DNA of 64,000 bases from Euryarchaeota archaeon UBA62 (GCA_002502095.1 DAPJ01000005.1:156366-220365), one strand, 5' to 3'; counted from the stretch's first letter, positions 1-9,295 are shown. Notes: generated by a model from the sequence alone, not told the origin. A program made the numbers and translations.

Positions 1-179
1 ACACTAACAAATTTCTTGTCATCGCCAACGTGTCTCTTAATGTCCAACAATATCTCTTTTGGCATGTCAAGACTGACCTTGGGCATGTGTATGCCTAATA
101 CCTATTTTAATTAAATATTACTGGAGTATTATCATGCTATTATAATAATTACTTAAAATAGTAGTTATCGTTTCGACAA

Positions 180-1019
180 ATGGGGATGCCAGTGGAACCA
201 AGAAAGTCGAAAAATACATTTATTTTGGGACTGGGATTTCAAAAATGTGGAACTAGCTGGCTATACAGTTACTTACAGAAATCTAGTAAGTTCGATGGAG
301 GAGATCTAAAGGAGTATCATATTTGGGATGCGATAGATATACCGCTATTGAGCTATAACATAGTGGAAAGGCCCGGATTAATTAGTAGTGTATTAGATAA
401 GAGCAATTATTTGAGATATCGTATGCAGACAAATAATGAGTCATATTTCGATTATTTTGAGTCTATTTTTTCTAGTACAGTAAACATTACTGGAGATATT
501 ACTCCATCGTACAGCGGTCTACAAAAATCTAGGTTGAGTAGTATTTACTCGGAATTTAATGAACGAGAAATTGACTGCAAGGCAATTCTCCTATTGAGGG
601 ATCCCGTTGATAGGATAAAGAGCGCTGTGAGGTATAATCTCGATAGGGGAAACTACGATGAAGGTATAAAAATTGGCGAAACTGACTTTTTGGAATCTTT
701 AGAACAGTATTACAAGACCGAACACTGTACAATTAGAACGAGGTACAATGAGACGATTGAGTTAGTTAGAGGAGTGTTCGATGAAGAGGACATTTACATT
801 GGAATCTACGAAGAAATGTTTGATTCAGAGAAGATTGACAGTGTGTCAAATTTTGTTGGGATAGAGCCAAAGTATGATTTTGCGAACGTCAGGGTGAACA
901 AGACAAAATCTGCAACCATAGTTAATCATGAGATCGAGGAGAAGATAAAAGATTTCTATTCTGGGGTGTATGAATATTGTAATGAGGAATTCCCCTCCAC
1001 CAGGAATCTCTGGAGATAG
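180..1019 (+). CDS. Sulfotransferase-family protein
   Basis: 279-aa ORF. It has a PAPS 5'-phosphosulfate-binding-type loop GFQKCGTSWLYSYL near the N-terminus and a 3'-phosphate-binding-type LLLRDPVDRIKSAVRY. TATA-like TTAAAATA (153-160) lies about 24 nt upstream of the ATG. The gene and its flank are visibly AT-richer than the rest of the window. Confidence 0.7.
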   Translation: MGMPVEPRKSKNTFILGLGFQKCGTSWLYSYLQKSSKFDGGDLKEYHIWDAIDIPLLSYNIVERPGLISSVLDKSNYLRYRMQTNNESYFDYFESIFSSTVNITGDITPSYSGLQKSRLSSIYSEFNEREIDCKAILLLRDPVDRIKSAVRYNLDRGNYDEGIKIGETDFLESLEQYYKTEHCTIRTRYNETIELVRGVFDEEDIYIGIYEEMFDSEKIDSVSNFVGIEPKYDFANVRVNKTKSATIVNHEIEEKIKDFYSGVYEYCNEEFPSTRNLWR

Positions 1020-1020
1020 G

Positions 1021-1320
1021 TTATCTCTTACTCTCAATTTTCTCATCTAGGTTGGGGAATCTTTCACAGATTGATAGTGCTCGATCTTTCAGAGAAGAAA
1101 TTTGAATCTCTAATTCTTTAGATTCCGCACCGTTGGAAATCATAGCAGATAGAAGATTCAAGCCCCCCTGTATTGAGCCTGCTTCTAAAAACTCATCATT
1201 GGAAATCTCTTCTGAATCCCTCAGAAGGCTAAGGGTCGAAGATAGAAACTCAACCTCTTGAGTAATCTGACTAGGAATACGTGTCTCTTGACCAGTAACG
1301 CTCTCTATAGAAGTAATCAT
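1021..1320 (-). CDS. Hypothetical small acidic helical protein (99 aa)
   Basis: Only long ORF covering this interval. It is on the same strand as the epimerase gene and 34 nt downstream of it. No motif recognised. Confidence 0.4.
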   Translation of the reverse strand: MITSIESVTGQETRIPSQITQEVEFLSSTLSLLRDSEEISNDEFLEAGSIQGGLNLLSAMISNGAESKELEIQISSLKDRALSICERFPNLDEKIESKR

Positions 1321-1354
1321 GAAGCTCCGAACGTAGAGGTCTTTTTGATGATTT

Positions 1355-1753
1355 TCAAACGTACTCGACTAGCTCTATTAGCACCCCGCCTGAGGACGAG
1401 GGATGAACAAATGCGATTTTGTTGCCTCCGTGGCCTATTTGTGGCTCGGTATTGATCATCCTGATGCCCATTTCTAGAAGTTTGGATATGGTTTCTGAAA
1501 CATCATCTACAGATATCGCTAACTGTTGAATGCCTACTCCCTTCTTCTGAATGAATTTACCAACCGGTGTATCGGAGTCTGTTGGCTCTAGTAATTCAAT
1601 CCGCGTATCAGATTCGTTAACCAAATACCTAACATTCACGCCTTGATCCTCTACTAGTCCTCCTCCAGAAGGAATGAATCCCAGAGCTTCCCAGAATGGT
1701 ATTGCGTCAGGGATTGATTTGGTCGCTATTCCAATGTGGTCTATTTTAGTCAT
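1355..1753 (-). CDS. mce: Methylmalonyl-CoA epimerase (VOC/glyoxalase fold)
   Basis: 132 aa. The MTKIDHIGIATKSI start and FVHPSSSGGVLIELVE end are typical of the family. Its start codon abuts the stop of the mutase gene. Confidence 0.85.
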   Translation of the reverse strand: MTKIDHIGIATKSIPDAIPFWEALGFIPSGGGLVEDQGVNVRYLVNESDTRIELLEPTDSDTPVGKFIQKKGVGIQQLAISVDDVSETISKLLEMGIRMINTEPQIGHGGNKIAFVHPSSSGGVLIELVEYV

Positions 1754-3256
1754 TTAAACACCGCTCGGAGATACCCATGTACCGAATGAGTCACTAAGTA
1801 CTTGATTTATCTCACCCACTGTACAATTAGATTTGACTGCATCTATGATGAAGTCCATTAGATTATCATCTGATTGGCAAGCTTTTCCGAGTCTATCCAA
1901 GGATTGTTTAACATGTTCATTATTCCTCTCGGATCTAAATTTTTTCAATGATAATACCTGATTCTCAGCGAGCCTAGAGTCCAATATCTGACCTTCAATA
2001 GAGTCCTCTTCTTGCTGATTGACATTAACTCCTATGACCTTCATTGAACCCTCCTCTATTGAATTAAGATGCTTCCATGCACTCTCGTGGATCATCCTCT
2101 GTTGGATACCCGATCTAACTCCTGATAATGCACCTCCATGAGACTCTATTTTTTCTATTAATTCAAAGGATTTTTTGACAATATTAGATGTCATTTCCTC
2201 GACTACATATGAGCCAGCTAGAGGATCGACATGATTTGCAACTCCTGTTTCAGAGGCTAATATTTGCTGAGTTCTTAGTGCGATTGTAACAGCCTCATCT
2301 GTTGGCAGTCCTATGGCTTCATCATAGCTGTTAGTATGGAGTGATTGAGTGCCTCCTAAAACTGCTGAGAGTGCTTGATACGAGACTCTTACTATGTTGT
2401 TGAAGGGTTGCTGAGCAGTTAGGGTAGCTCCTGCCGTTTGTGTATGGAACCTGAGCATGGCCGATTTAGGATTTTTTGGTTCGAATCGACTAGTTATCAG
2501 TTCATACCAAATCTTTCTAGCCGCACGGAATTTTGAGACTTCTTCTAAAATATTATTTTGACAAGCAAAGAAGAATGAGATTCTAGGCGCGAAATCATCT
2601 ACTGACATTCCACTATCGATGGCATTTTTTACATACTCAATTCCATTTAAAACTGTAAGGGCTACTTCCTCAACAGCTGTACATCCAGCTTCTCTCATAT
2701 GGTATCCACTTACTGAAATTGTATTCCATGACGGTGCATTTTTAGTGCTCCAATTCATCAAATCAGATGTCAGTCTCATAGATGCTTCTGGAGGGTAAAT
2801 GTAGAGTCCACGAGCAATGTATTCTTTTAGAATATCATTTTGAACCGTTCCTCTGAGATTTTTCCTGTCTACTCCCTGCTCATCGGCAACTGCAACATAC
2901 AATGCAAGCAAGGTAGTGGCTGGAGCATTGATTGTCATTGATGTTGAGACGGTGGAGAGATCTATTCCGTCAAATAATACTCTCATATCAGAAATAGAAT
3001 CGATTGGTACACCTACTTTCCCTACTTCTCCTAAAGACCTCTCATTATCAGAGTCGAGACCTAGTTGGGTGGGTAAATCAAATGCTACGGAGAGACCGGT
3101 TTGTCCCTGTTCTAGCAATAATCTGAATCTTTCATTGGTCTGTTTAGCAGTAGAAAAACCAGCATATTGCCTCATTGTCCAAAGCTTGGTTCTATACATG
3201 TCGGGATATATTCCACTAGTATACGGTGGTTTACCGGCTTCTAAATTTTCATCCAT
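1754..3256 (-). CDS. mcmA: Methylmalonyl-CoA mutase, catalytic large subunit (no B12-binding domain in this ORF)
   Basis: 500 aa with the signature block WTMRQYAGFSTAKQTNERFRLLLEQGQTGLSVAFDLPTQLGLDSD. The length fits the split archaeal-type large subunit. Confidence 0.9.
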   Translation of the reverse strand: MDENLEAGKPPYTSGIYPDMYRTKLWTMRQYAGFSTAKQTNERFRLLLEQGQTGLSVAFDLPTQLGLDSDNERSLGEVGKVGVPIDSISDMRVLFDGIDLSTVSTSMTINAPATTLLALYVAVADEQGVDRKNLRGTVQNDILKEYIARGLYIYPPEASMRLTSDLMNWSTKNAPSWNTISVSGYHMREAGCTAVEEVALTVLNGIEYVKNAIDSGMSVDDFAPRISFFFACQNNILEEVSKFRAARKIWYELITSRFEPKNPKSAMLRFHTQTAGATLTAQQPFNNIVRVSYQALSAVLGGTQSLHTNSYDEAIGLPTDEAVTIALRTQQILASETGVANHVDPLAGSYVVEEMTSNIVKKSFELIEKIESHGGALSGVRSGIQQRMIHESAWKHLNSIEEGSMKVIGVNVNQQEEDSIEGQILDSRLAENQVLSLKKFRSERNNEHVKQSLDRLGKACQSDDNLMDFIIDAVKSNCTVGEINQVLSDSFGTWVSPSGV

Positions 3257-3318
3257 TTGCGGAACCTCGGATACACTCGAGTGTATCCAACAGGGAGTAG
3301 GAAATGAATTATGCGTAT

Positions 3319-4059
3319 TCAGCGCCTAACCGTGTATCCATCTACAACCTTATTGAGAGTCTCTAGCTGATGTTCATCAATGACACCCTCTGAATGCTTG
3401 GAAATTAGGAAATCTTTGGCATCAGATACTGTTTGCCTTTCACCCTTAGCCCAGATGGTTCCCAATAGGCTAGATCGATGTTCCTCATCGACGTTCAGGT
3501 CGACTAATAATCTCCTAACTTCGTACTTGTATTCCATATGTCGACTTCTATCAAGCCTCCTCTTTCTTTCAGCAGGCTGGAAAGAATTCTTAGTCCTCTT
3601 ACCTCTTTTCTTAGGTGGAACAGATACTGTGGTCTTTTCTGAAGAGTCGGTAGTAATTGCCTTCTTAACTAAGGATTCCATGGCCCTTGCTCTACTTTTG
3701 TCAATTATGTCCTGAGCTTTTTTACTAGTGACATTTTCCTTAATTTCAGGCTCTGATGATTCTATTTTATCCCTCAGACCTATAGTTTTTCTTGAGTCTC
3801 CCAAAATATTTTTTTGAATAATTTCAGTAGAATCTAGTGTTTCATTACTCTTGGCTTTCGCAGTATCTTTGACCTTATCAGTAATATTATCGGAGGTATT
3901 TTTTGAAATTTTTCTAGGAACTGCAGGCTTAGATGGAGGTAACTTAGGAGGCCTTTTACTCTCTATGGGTGGAGGATTTTTAGCTATTTTACTTGGTGTT
4001 GAAGAGGATTTACTAAACACATCACGAGGCTTAGCTCTCGGCTTTCTTCTTCTCTGCAC
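3319..4059 (-). CDS. Hypothetical protein: Lys/Ser/Pro-rich disordered N-terminal region plus a small globular C-terminal domain
   Basis: 246 aa. Basic low-complexity tracts (MQRRRKPRAKPR, PPKLPPSKPAVPRK, KKRGKRTK) are followed by a structured-looking C-terminus, YKYEVRRLLVDLNVDEEHRSSLLGTIWAKGE. No family recognised. Confidence 0.5.
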   Translation of the reverse strand: MQRRRKPRAKPRDVFSKSSSTPSKIAKNPPPIESKRPPKLPPSKPAVPRKISKNTSDNITDKVKDTAKAKSNETLDSTEIIQKNILGDSRKTIGLRDKIESSEPEIKENVTSKKAQDIIDKSRARAMESLVKKAITTDSSEKTTVSVPPKKRGKRTKNSFQPAERKRRLDRSRHMEYKYEVRRLLVDLNVDEEHRSSLLGTIWAKGERQTVSDAKDFLISKHSEGVIDEHQLETLNKVVDGYTVRR

Positions 4060-4111
4060 TACACTATCTCCAATACTCCGCTATGAAGGCCTCTCATAAG
4101 ACTTGGTACTA

Positions 4112-5119
4112 TCAAGTCCATGCTATCGTAGAAGAGTCGGTCCTCATGGATGGGTCAATAGCGCTTTCATCCAATTCTGTAATCCTCCCGGACTGAAGCT
4201 CTTTCCTACCTAATTCAGCAATCATGGTCCCATTGTCTATGCAGTACTGCTTTTCCGGCCAGAAGGATTGTCCTCCTCTTTCTTCGCACATGATCGCACT
4301 CATTTCACGTAGCCTTCCATTGCATGCAACACCTCCTCCTAAGAGTAATTCCGATTTTCCAGTATGGGCCATGGCCCTCTCAGCAACCTCAATACAACTA
4401 GAGAAAGCATGCTCTTGTAGCGAGTAACAAACCTGCTCCAATGGTAGTTTCTTAGAGTGAAAAATTGCAGATGTCAATAGTCCTGAAAAGGCTAGGTCTG
4501 TACCATGTACTCCATATGGGAGAGTAAGTAGTTCTGACTCATCTGCAGATATGTTTCCAGCCCATTTTTGAGATAGCTTCTCTATGGCTGGACCCCCTGG
4601 AAAAGCAATTCCATGGTTACGAGCAAATTTATCCAGCATATTACCGATTCCAATATCCAGAGTCTCTCCGATAACCCTGTATCTATCTCCTGATCTAGCT
4701 ATAACTTGTGTATTTCCTCCACTTGCGTATAGTAAAACTGGATCATCGCAACCAGTCTGATTTCTTCCAACTTCGATATGTGCGACACAGTGGTTAACAC
4801 CTATCAAGGGGGCCTTCCAGAAAGACGAAAGTGAACGGGCGACTGAAGCTCCAATACGTAAGCAAGGACCAAGACCCGGGCCCTGGCTAAATGAGACGGC
4901 AACAATATCATCTTGACTGAAATCTTCCCTATTCATAAGAGAAGAAACGAGGTTTGGTGCGACTACAGAGTGATGATCGGCGGCTTCGCGTGGATGTATA
5001 CCCCCTTCCTCTGGTTTGAATAATGCTGATTCGGATGAGTATAGTTTTCCTGCTTCGTCAACAAAGCCTATAGAAAGTGTATGAGCGGTACTTTCGATGC
5101 CCACAATTAGTCCTGTCAC
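4112..5119 (-). CDS. kae1: tRNA N6-adenosine threonylcarbamoyltransferase Kae1 (stand-alone, no Bud32 fusion)
   Basis: 335 aa with a GTG start. Kae1/TsaD blocks are present: GIESTAHTLSIGFV, GPGLGPCLRIG, NHCVAHIE, LLGGGVACN. Confidence 0.9.
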   Translation of the reverse strand: MTGLIVGIESTAHTLSIGFVDEAGKLYSSESALFKPEEGGIHPREAADHHSVVAPNLVSSLMNREDFSQDDIVAVSFSQGPGLGPCLRIGASVARSLSSFWKAPLIGVNHCVAHIEVGRNQTGCDDPVLLYASGGNTQVIARSGDRYRVIGETLDIGIGNMLDKFARNHGIAFPGGPAIEKLSQKWAGNISADESELLTLPYGVHGTDLAFSGLLTSAIFHSKKLPLEQVCYSLQEHAFSSCIEVAERAMAHTGKSELLLGGGVACNGRLREMSAIMCEERGGQSFWPEKQYCIDNGTMIAELGRKELQSGRITELDESAIDPSMRTDSSTIAWT

Positions 5120-5168
5120 GTATTTGCGAGAAGGGTAGTGCTTTCAAGCATCACTACTGTCGAGGGTC

Positions 5169-6458
5169 GTGCGAACGCTGGTGGTTAACTCTGGGGAAAT
5201 AGCCCACATGTCCCATGGTGACACTACGAAACCCCTCATAGGTGAGGAAATGGGCGATAAAGATCTGAATGTCTACTCAAAAGGACTGGGGATTTTAGTT
5301 GAAGATGGGCTTATTCTGAGTATAGCAGACTCAGATGAGTTAATCTCTGAATATGCGTCATCTTGGGATAGAAATTCAGAAAAGTTAGGAGATATGAACA
5401 TCATAGATGCAAATGGGGGAGCAATAGTACCTGGTTTTGTAGACTCACATACTCATTTGATATGGGACGGAGATAGAAGTAACGAGATGGCGCTTAGGCA
5501 AAGGGGCTTGACTTACTCAGATATCTCAAAATTAGGCGGAGGGATATCAAAGACCGTCGAAAGTACAAGAAGTTGTTCGATTGAGAAGTTAGTTGAGCTT
5601 GGAGTTCAGAGAGCCTCTAGTGCATTGAGACTGGGTACAACTACTATGGAGGCAAAAAGTGGGTACGGCCTTAGTACCGAGTCTGAAATTAAATTACTAG
5701 AGGCTACAGAAAGAGTTAATCAAATTTCAGCATGTGATATTCAAGCAACTTGGTTAGGTGCGCATGATATACCTAAGAATAATGACAAGGAAGAATATAT
5801 TGAAGAGTTAATCGGTAAGCAATTGTCGATGGTTGTACAGCAAGGTATTGCTAAGTGGGCAGATGTATTTTGTGAGCCCGGTTGGTTCACAGTAGATGAT
5901 ACAATTGAAATTATCACAGCTTCAAAGAAAATGGGATTGGAGTCCAGGATACATGCGGACGAATTTGTAGATTCTGGCGGACTTGATATTGCGGTCGAAT
6001 TAGGTTCAATTAGCGCTGATCACGTAGCAAAGTCAGATGATGATTCTCGAGCTAGGGCTCACGAAAGTGGAGTGATGCAGACTTTCCTCCCTGGGACTCA
6101 ATACGTATTGGGCATGGATGAATTCCCTCCAATGAAAAAATGTGTAGAAAATTCATGGGCCTTTTCCATTGCTTCAGACTTCAATCCTAACTGCAATACA
6201 ATTTCTATGCCGTTCGTAGGTTCTCTTGCTACGCATAGGTGTGGCATCGATCCAATCACCGCTTTAGCTGCTAGCACAAGGAACCCATCAACTACATTGA
6301 AGAATAATGAAAATATAAATTTTGGAGTGATCTCAGAAAACAATTCAGCATCATTTAACATTCTACATTCTAAGAAGGTTGAATCGTGGTGTCAATCGCC
6401 TGGAATGAATCCAATTTCCAAAACAGTTGCCAATGGCATTATTGTAAAACATAATTAA
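5169..6458 (+). CDS. hutI: Imidazolonepropionase
   Basis: 429 aa with a GTG start. Amidohydrolase metal ligands are present: VPGFVDSHTHLIWDG and RIHADEF. The overall HutI layout is conserved. Confidence 0.9.
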   Translation: MRTLVVNSGEIAHMSHGDTTKPLIGEEMGDKDLNVYSKGLGILVEDGLILSIADSDELISEYASSWDRNSEKLGDMNIIDANGGAIVPGFVDSHTHLIWDGDRSNEMALRQRGLTYSDISKLGGGISKTVESTRSCSIEKLVELGVQRASSALRLGTTTMEAKSGYGLSTESEIKLLEATERVNQISACDIQATWLGAHDIPKNNDKEEYIEELIGKQLSMVVQQGIAKWADVFCEPGWFTVDDTIEIITASKKMGLESRIHADEFVDSGGLDIAVELGSISADHVAKSDDDSRARAHESGVMQTFLPGTQYVLGMDEFPPMKKCVENSWAFSIASDFNPNCNTISMPFVGSLATHRCGIDPITALAASTRNPSTTLKNNENINFGVISENNSASFNILHSKKVESWCQSPGMNPISKTVANGIIVKHN

Positions 6459-6511
6459 TATTTGTGAAATTGTTAGAACTTATTGTTAGTATCATTACTA
6501 CTATAACGATT

Positions 6512-6538
6512 TTACATAATGTAATAGATTATTTTTTT
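6512..6538 (+). terminator. Candidate hutI terminator: palindrome TTACAT-A-ATGTAA followed by a T7 tract
   Basis: Perfect 6-bp-arm palindrome at 6512-6524, then TTTTTTT at 6532-6538, about 55-80 nt after the hutI stop. Archaeal termination typically uses oligo-T tracts. Confidence 0.3.
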
Positions 6539-6717
6539 CTTTACTCCGTTATGAACAGTGAAATGAAGCTACGCGGTTAACTGATAATCCAGGTTATCAG
6601 AAATATTATTTTGAAATATTGATGTAACTTTAGCTCAGTATAACGTTTTTACAGATAAATAGGTAATTTGACCAAAACTCCCTTATCTGAGGCTACTTTA
6701 GTTGAGTATGTGGAAGC

Positions 6718-6873
6718 ATGAGCAGAAAGGTCAATGGATTCTGTTTAAAGTGTAAAACCTATGGTGAAATTATTGATTGTAGACTAGATCTGATGAAGAA
6801 CGGTAGAACCCGTGCACATGGATTCTGTAGCCAGGAAGGATGCGTGGGTAAGATTTCGAAAATTATCTCGTAG
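6718..6873 (+). CDS. Small zinc-ribbon protein (51 aa), DUF5679-like
   Basis: ORF too short for the supplied track: MSRKVNGFCLKCKTYGEIIDCRLDLMKNGRTRAHGFCSQEGCVGKISKIIS. It has a CxxC...CxxxxC arrangement and a central MKNGR motif, which I recall as typical of the DUF5679 mini-protein family. Confidence 0.45.
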   Translation: MSRKVNGFCLKCKTYGEIIDCRLDLMKNGRTRAHGFCSQEGCVGKISKIIS

Positions 6874-6916
6874 TAATGGAATCATTCATTGAGTAGAACG
6901 GGCTCGCATTATTACT

Positions 6917-6992
6917 GGGCTCGTGGTCTAGGGGTTATGACGTCGCCTTGACATGGCGAAGATCGCAGGTTCAATTCCTGCCGAGCCCACCA
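6917..6992 (+). tRNA. tRNA-Val (anticodon GAC) with genomically encoded CCA
   Basis: Hand-folded cloverleaf. Acceptor GGGCUCG/CGAGCCC has 7 bp. D arm is GUCU-AGGGGUUA-UGAC. Anticodon stem is UCGCC/GGCGA with loop UUGACAU. There is a 5-nt variable loop. T arm is GCAGG-UUCAAUU-CCUGC. Discriminator is A, followed by CCA. Confidence 0.95.
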
Positions 6993-7020
6993 GTAACTTG
7001 TAAACTAATATTATAGTAAA

Positions 7021-7734
7021 TCAAGAATAGGATACTCTCAGTTTACCAGCACCCTTCGACTTTACATTTTCAATGGTAATTTTCGGTATCTGTGAAATAT
7101 TTCCTACATGTGTCCCACCACATGGGCACAAATCAATATCCTCTATCTCCACGACTCTGAGCATACTTATGGAAGAAGGTATCCTATCCATAAAATTTGT
7201 ATGCCTCATTTTATCATGACTTAGAATTTCTTCCCTCGACCATTCATGAATTAGGACCTCGGCTCCTGCATTGATAACGTCATTAACTTGTAGCGATATT
7301 TCTTCAGCATCGAAAAGATCTCTGTCAGGGAACAATAAATCTATTCTTGTTGTATGATCACTAATCTGATTGCCTACTGTTTCAGCTTTGTACATGTCAT
7401 TGGCTATTGCTGAAAAAACATGCTGTGCAGTATGCATCATTGTATTCCTATTCCTCCAAGATGAATCTATCTTACATTCAACTTTGTCACCCTCTCTAAA
7501 TGACTCGGGACTGTCTAATGGATGCAGGATTCTATCTCCTGGTTTAACTTCGCCCATCTTACTAAATTTATCACCGGAGGTAATTGATCCCTTATCTCCG
7601 GGTTGTCCGCCACCTCTTGGATAGCAAAATGTCCTATCTAGGAAAATACCATCATCGATGATATCCGTAATTGTAGCCTCGAATACTGGAGGGTTTAGAC
7701 CTGGGTGTTGGGTAAGGTGCATTTTTTCTTGCAT
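7021..7734 (-). CDS. alaX: AlaX-type alanyl-tRNA editing protein (AlaX-M size class)
   Basis: 237 aa with the zinc-binding HxxxH (HTAQHVFSA) and CxxxH (CPCGGTHV) motifs of the AlaRS second-additional/editing domain. Confidence 0.8.
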   Translation of the reverse strand: MQEKMHLTQHPGLNPPVFEATITDIIDDGIFLDRTFCYPRGGGQPGDKGSITSGDKFSKMGEVKPGDRILHPLDSPESFREGDKVECKIDSSWRNRNTMMHTAQHVFSAIANDMYKAETVGNQISDHTTRIDLLFPDRDLFDAEEISLQVNDVINAGAEVLIHEWSREEILSHDKMRHTNFMDRIPSSISMLRVVEIEDIDLCPCGGTHVGNISQIPKITIENVKSKGAGKLRVSYS

Positions 7735-7738
7735 AAAA

Positions 7739-9289
7739 TCACATAAAAATCCTAGTAAGATCCCCGTTCAATAATGACTCAGAAAGATTTTTTGTATCTT
7801 CGGATAATGCCCTATCCCCGTTAAGAGGCTTGACAATTCCCCTTGACCAAGCCAGAACTCTAGAAACACCATGACCGGGTTTTTCATCAATTCTATACAT
7901 GGCCTCTGAAGCACAAATAATCTCATTTGAGATTACATTGGCTAGTAATCTAGTTGAGATCATTGTTCTGTAAGCTCCCGTAGCGCCCATTGATGCGTGG
8001 TCCTCCTTCCCCATGCTTACTGGAGTATTTGAGGTAGTAGCGGAGTTTGACAGCAGGTGTAACTCTGCTAAAACAGCAGCCGATGAGTATTGGATTATCA
8101 TCAAACCACTTTCAAGGCCTTCATCCTTAGCTAAAAATGCGCTATGTCCACTCCATTTTGGATCTAAAATCTGGTTTATTCTTCTCTCTGAAATACTGGC
8201 AAGCTCATGACATGCTATGGAGATAGAATCACTACTCATTGCTATATACTGGCCATGAAAATTACCTCCAGAAATCACCTCTATGCTATCTCCCTCAGTG
8301 AACACAAGAGGATTGTCCGTTGAGCTGTTTATTTCGATTTCTAGAATTCTTCTAGATTCCCTTAGCATATCGATAACAGGCCCATGTACCTGGGGAGAGC
8401 ACCTGATAGAGTATGCATCCTGGACCCTATCGCAGTTTACATGAGAAATTTTTATCTCTGAATTTTCTAGTAATGACGATATCCTTGCTGCGGACAAAGT
8501 TTGACCCGGATGGGGCCTAGAATTGTGTATCCTTGGATCGAAAGGCTTGTGGGACCCTCTGATTGCCTCTACAGTGCAGGCAACAGAGGCATCAGAAGCA
8601 AAACAAAGCATATCCATATTATCCAAGGCCTCGCACATGAATGCACACATCTGACTAGTCCCATTGATTAGAGAGAGCCCTTCTTTAGCGGCAGGGACTA
8701 TTGGAGTAATTCCAGATTTCCTAAGTGCCTCATTAGAAGACATGAGGTCCCATTTGTTAGTTCCAGTCCTGAGGTTACACTTCCCTTCTCCCATCATACC
8801 TAACGCTAGGTGGGAGAGGGGGGCCAGATCTCCCGAAGCACCTAGTGACCCTATTCTAGGTATTACAGGGCATACGCCATGGTTAATCATTGAAATGAGC
8901 GTATCAACTATTACCGGACGAGCACCAGAATTACCTCTACAAAGCGTATTTGCTCTAATCAGCATCATCATTAACGTGTGACGGTCTTCCATTGGTTCCC
9001 CGATTCCACACGCGTGGCTTCTAATTAGATTAGCTTGGAGCTGTTCTAATTTATCAGGTTCAATGGAAACAGATGAAAGAGCACCAAAACCGGTATTAAT
9101 GCCATAGGTCACAGTCCCGTCCTTCAGAATCTTCGTTATCGCCTCTCTGGAAGAGTTCATTTTTTCTCTGGCTGATTGAGAAAGAGCTACCTTAGTTAGT
9201 CCCAAGCCAGTGTCCACGACGTCACGAATAGTTAGGGAATATCCGTCTATCACGAGCTCTCTCATAGATTCCGGTAAGGGCGATAGCAA
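7739..9289 (-). CDS. hutH: Histidine ammonia-lyase
   Basis: 516 aa with the MIO-forming GSLGASGDLAPLSHL motif. The ORF-track start is TTG at 9289. The ATG at 9265 (MRELVIDGYSLTIRDV) is the more likely start. Confidence 0.92.
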   Translation of the reverse strand: MLSPLPESMRELVIDGYSLTIRDVVDTGLGLTKVALSQSAREKMNSSREAITKILKDGTVTYGINTGFGALSSVSIEPDKLEQLQANLIRSHACGIGEPMEDRHTLMMMLIRANTLCRGNSGARPVIVDTLISMINHGVCPVIPRIGSLGASGDLAPLSHLALGMMGEGKCNLRTGTNKWDLMSSNEALRKSGITPIVPAAKEGLSLINGTSQMCAFMCEALDNMDMLCFASDASVACTVEAIRGSHKPFDPRIHNSRPHPGQTLSAARISSLLENSEIKISHVNCDRVQDAYSIRCSPQVHGPVIDMLRESRRILEIEINSSTDNPLVFTEGDSIEVISGGNFHGQYIAMSSDSISIACHELASISERRINQILDPKWSGHSAFLAKDEGLESGLMIIQYSSAAVLAELHLLSNSATTSNTPVSMGKEDHASMGATGAYRTMISTRLLANVISNEIICASEAMYRIDEKPGHGVSRVLAWSRGIVKPLNGDRALSEDTKNLSESLLNGDLTRIFM

Positions 9290-9295
9290 ATAGAC

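Noticed and set aside
1-86. Possible N-terminus of a minus-strand gene running off the window (MPKVSLDMPKEILLDIKRHVGDDKKFVS...).
   Set aside because: Only 28 open codons fall within the window, which is not statistically meaningful and shows no identifiable motif. I cannot support it from the window alone.
6631-6639. TAGCTCAGT, a tRNA D-arm-like string suggesting a second tRNA or a tRNA remnant.
   Set aside because: No acceptor, anticodon or T-arm pairing can be drawn around it.
6615-6695. Candidate C/D-box sRNA, with a C-like TGATGT at 6620 and CTGA at 6687.
   Set aside because: The C box is imperfect. There are no convincing C'/D' boxes and no terminal complementary stem.
6900-6923. Direct repeat GGGCTCG (6900-6906) of the tRNA-Val 5' end (6917-6923), considered as a possible att-site scar.
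   Set aside because: It is only 7 nt and lies at the 5' rather than the 3' end of the tRNA. No integrase or other mobile-element gene is nearby.
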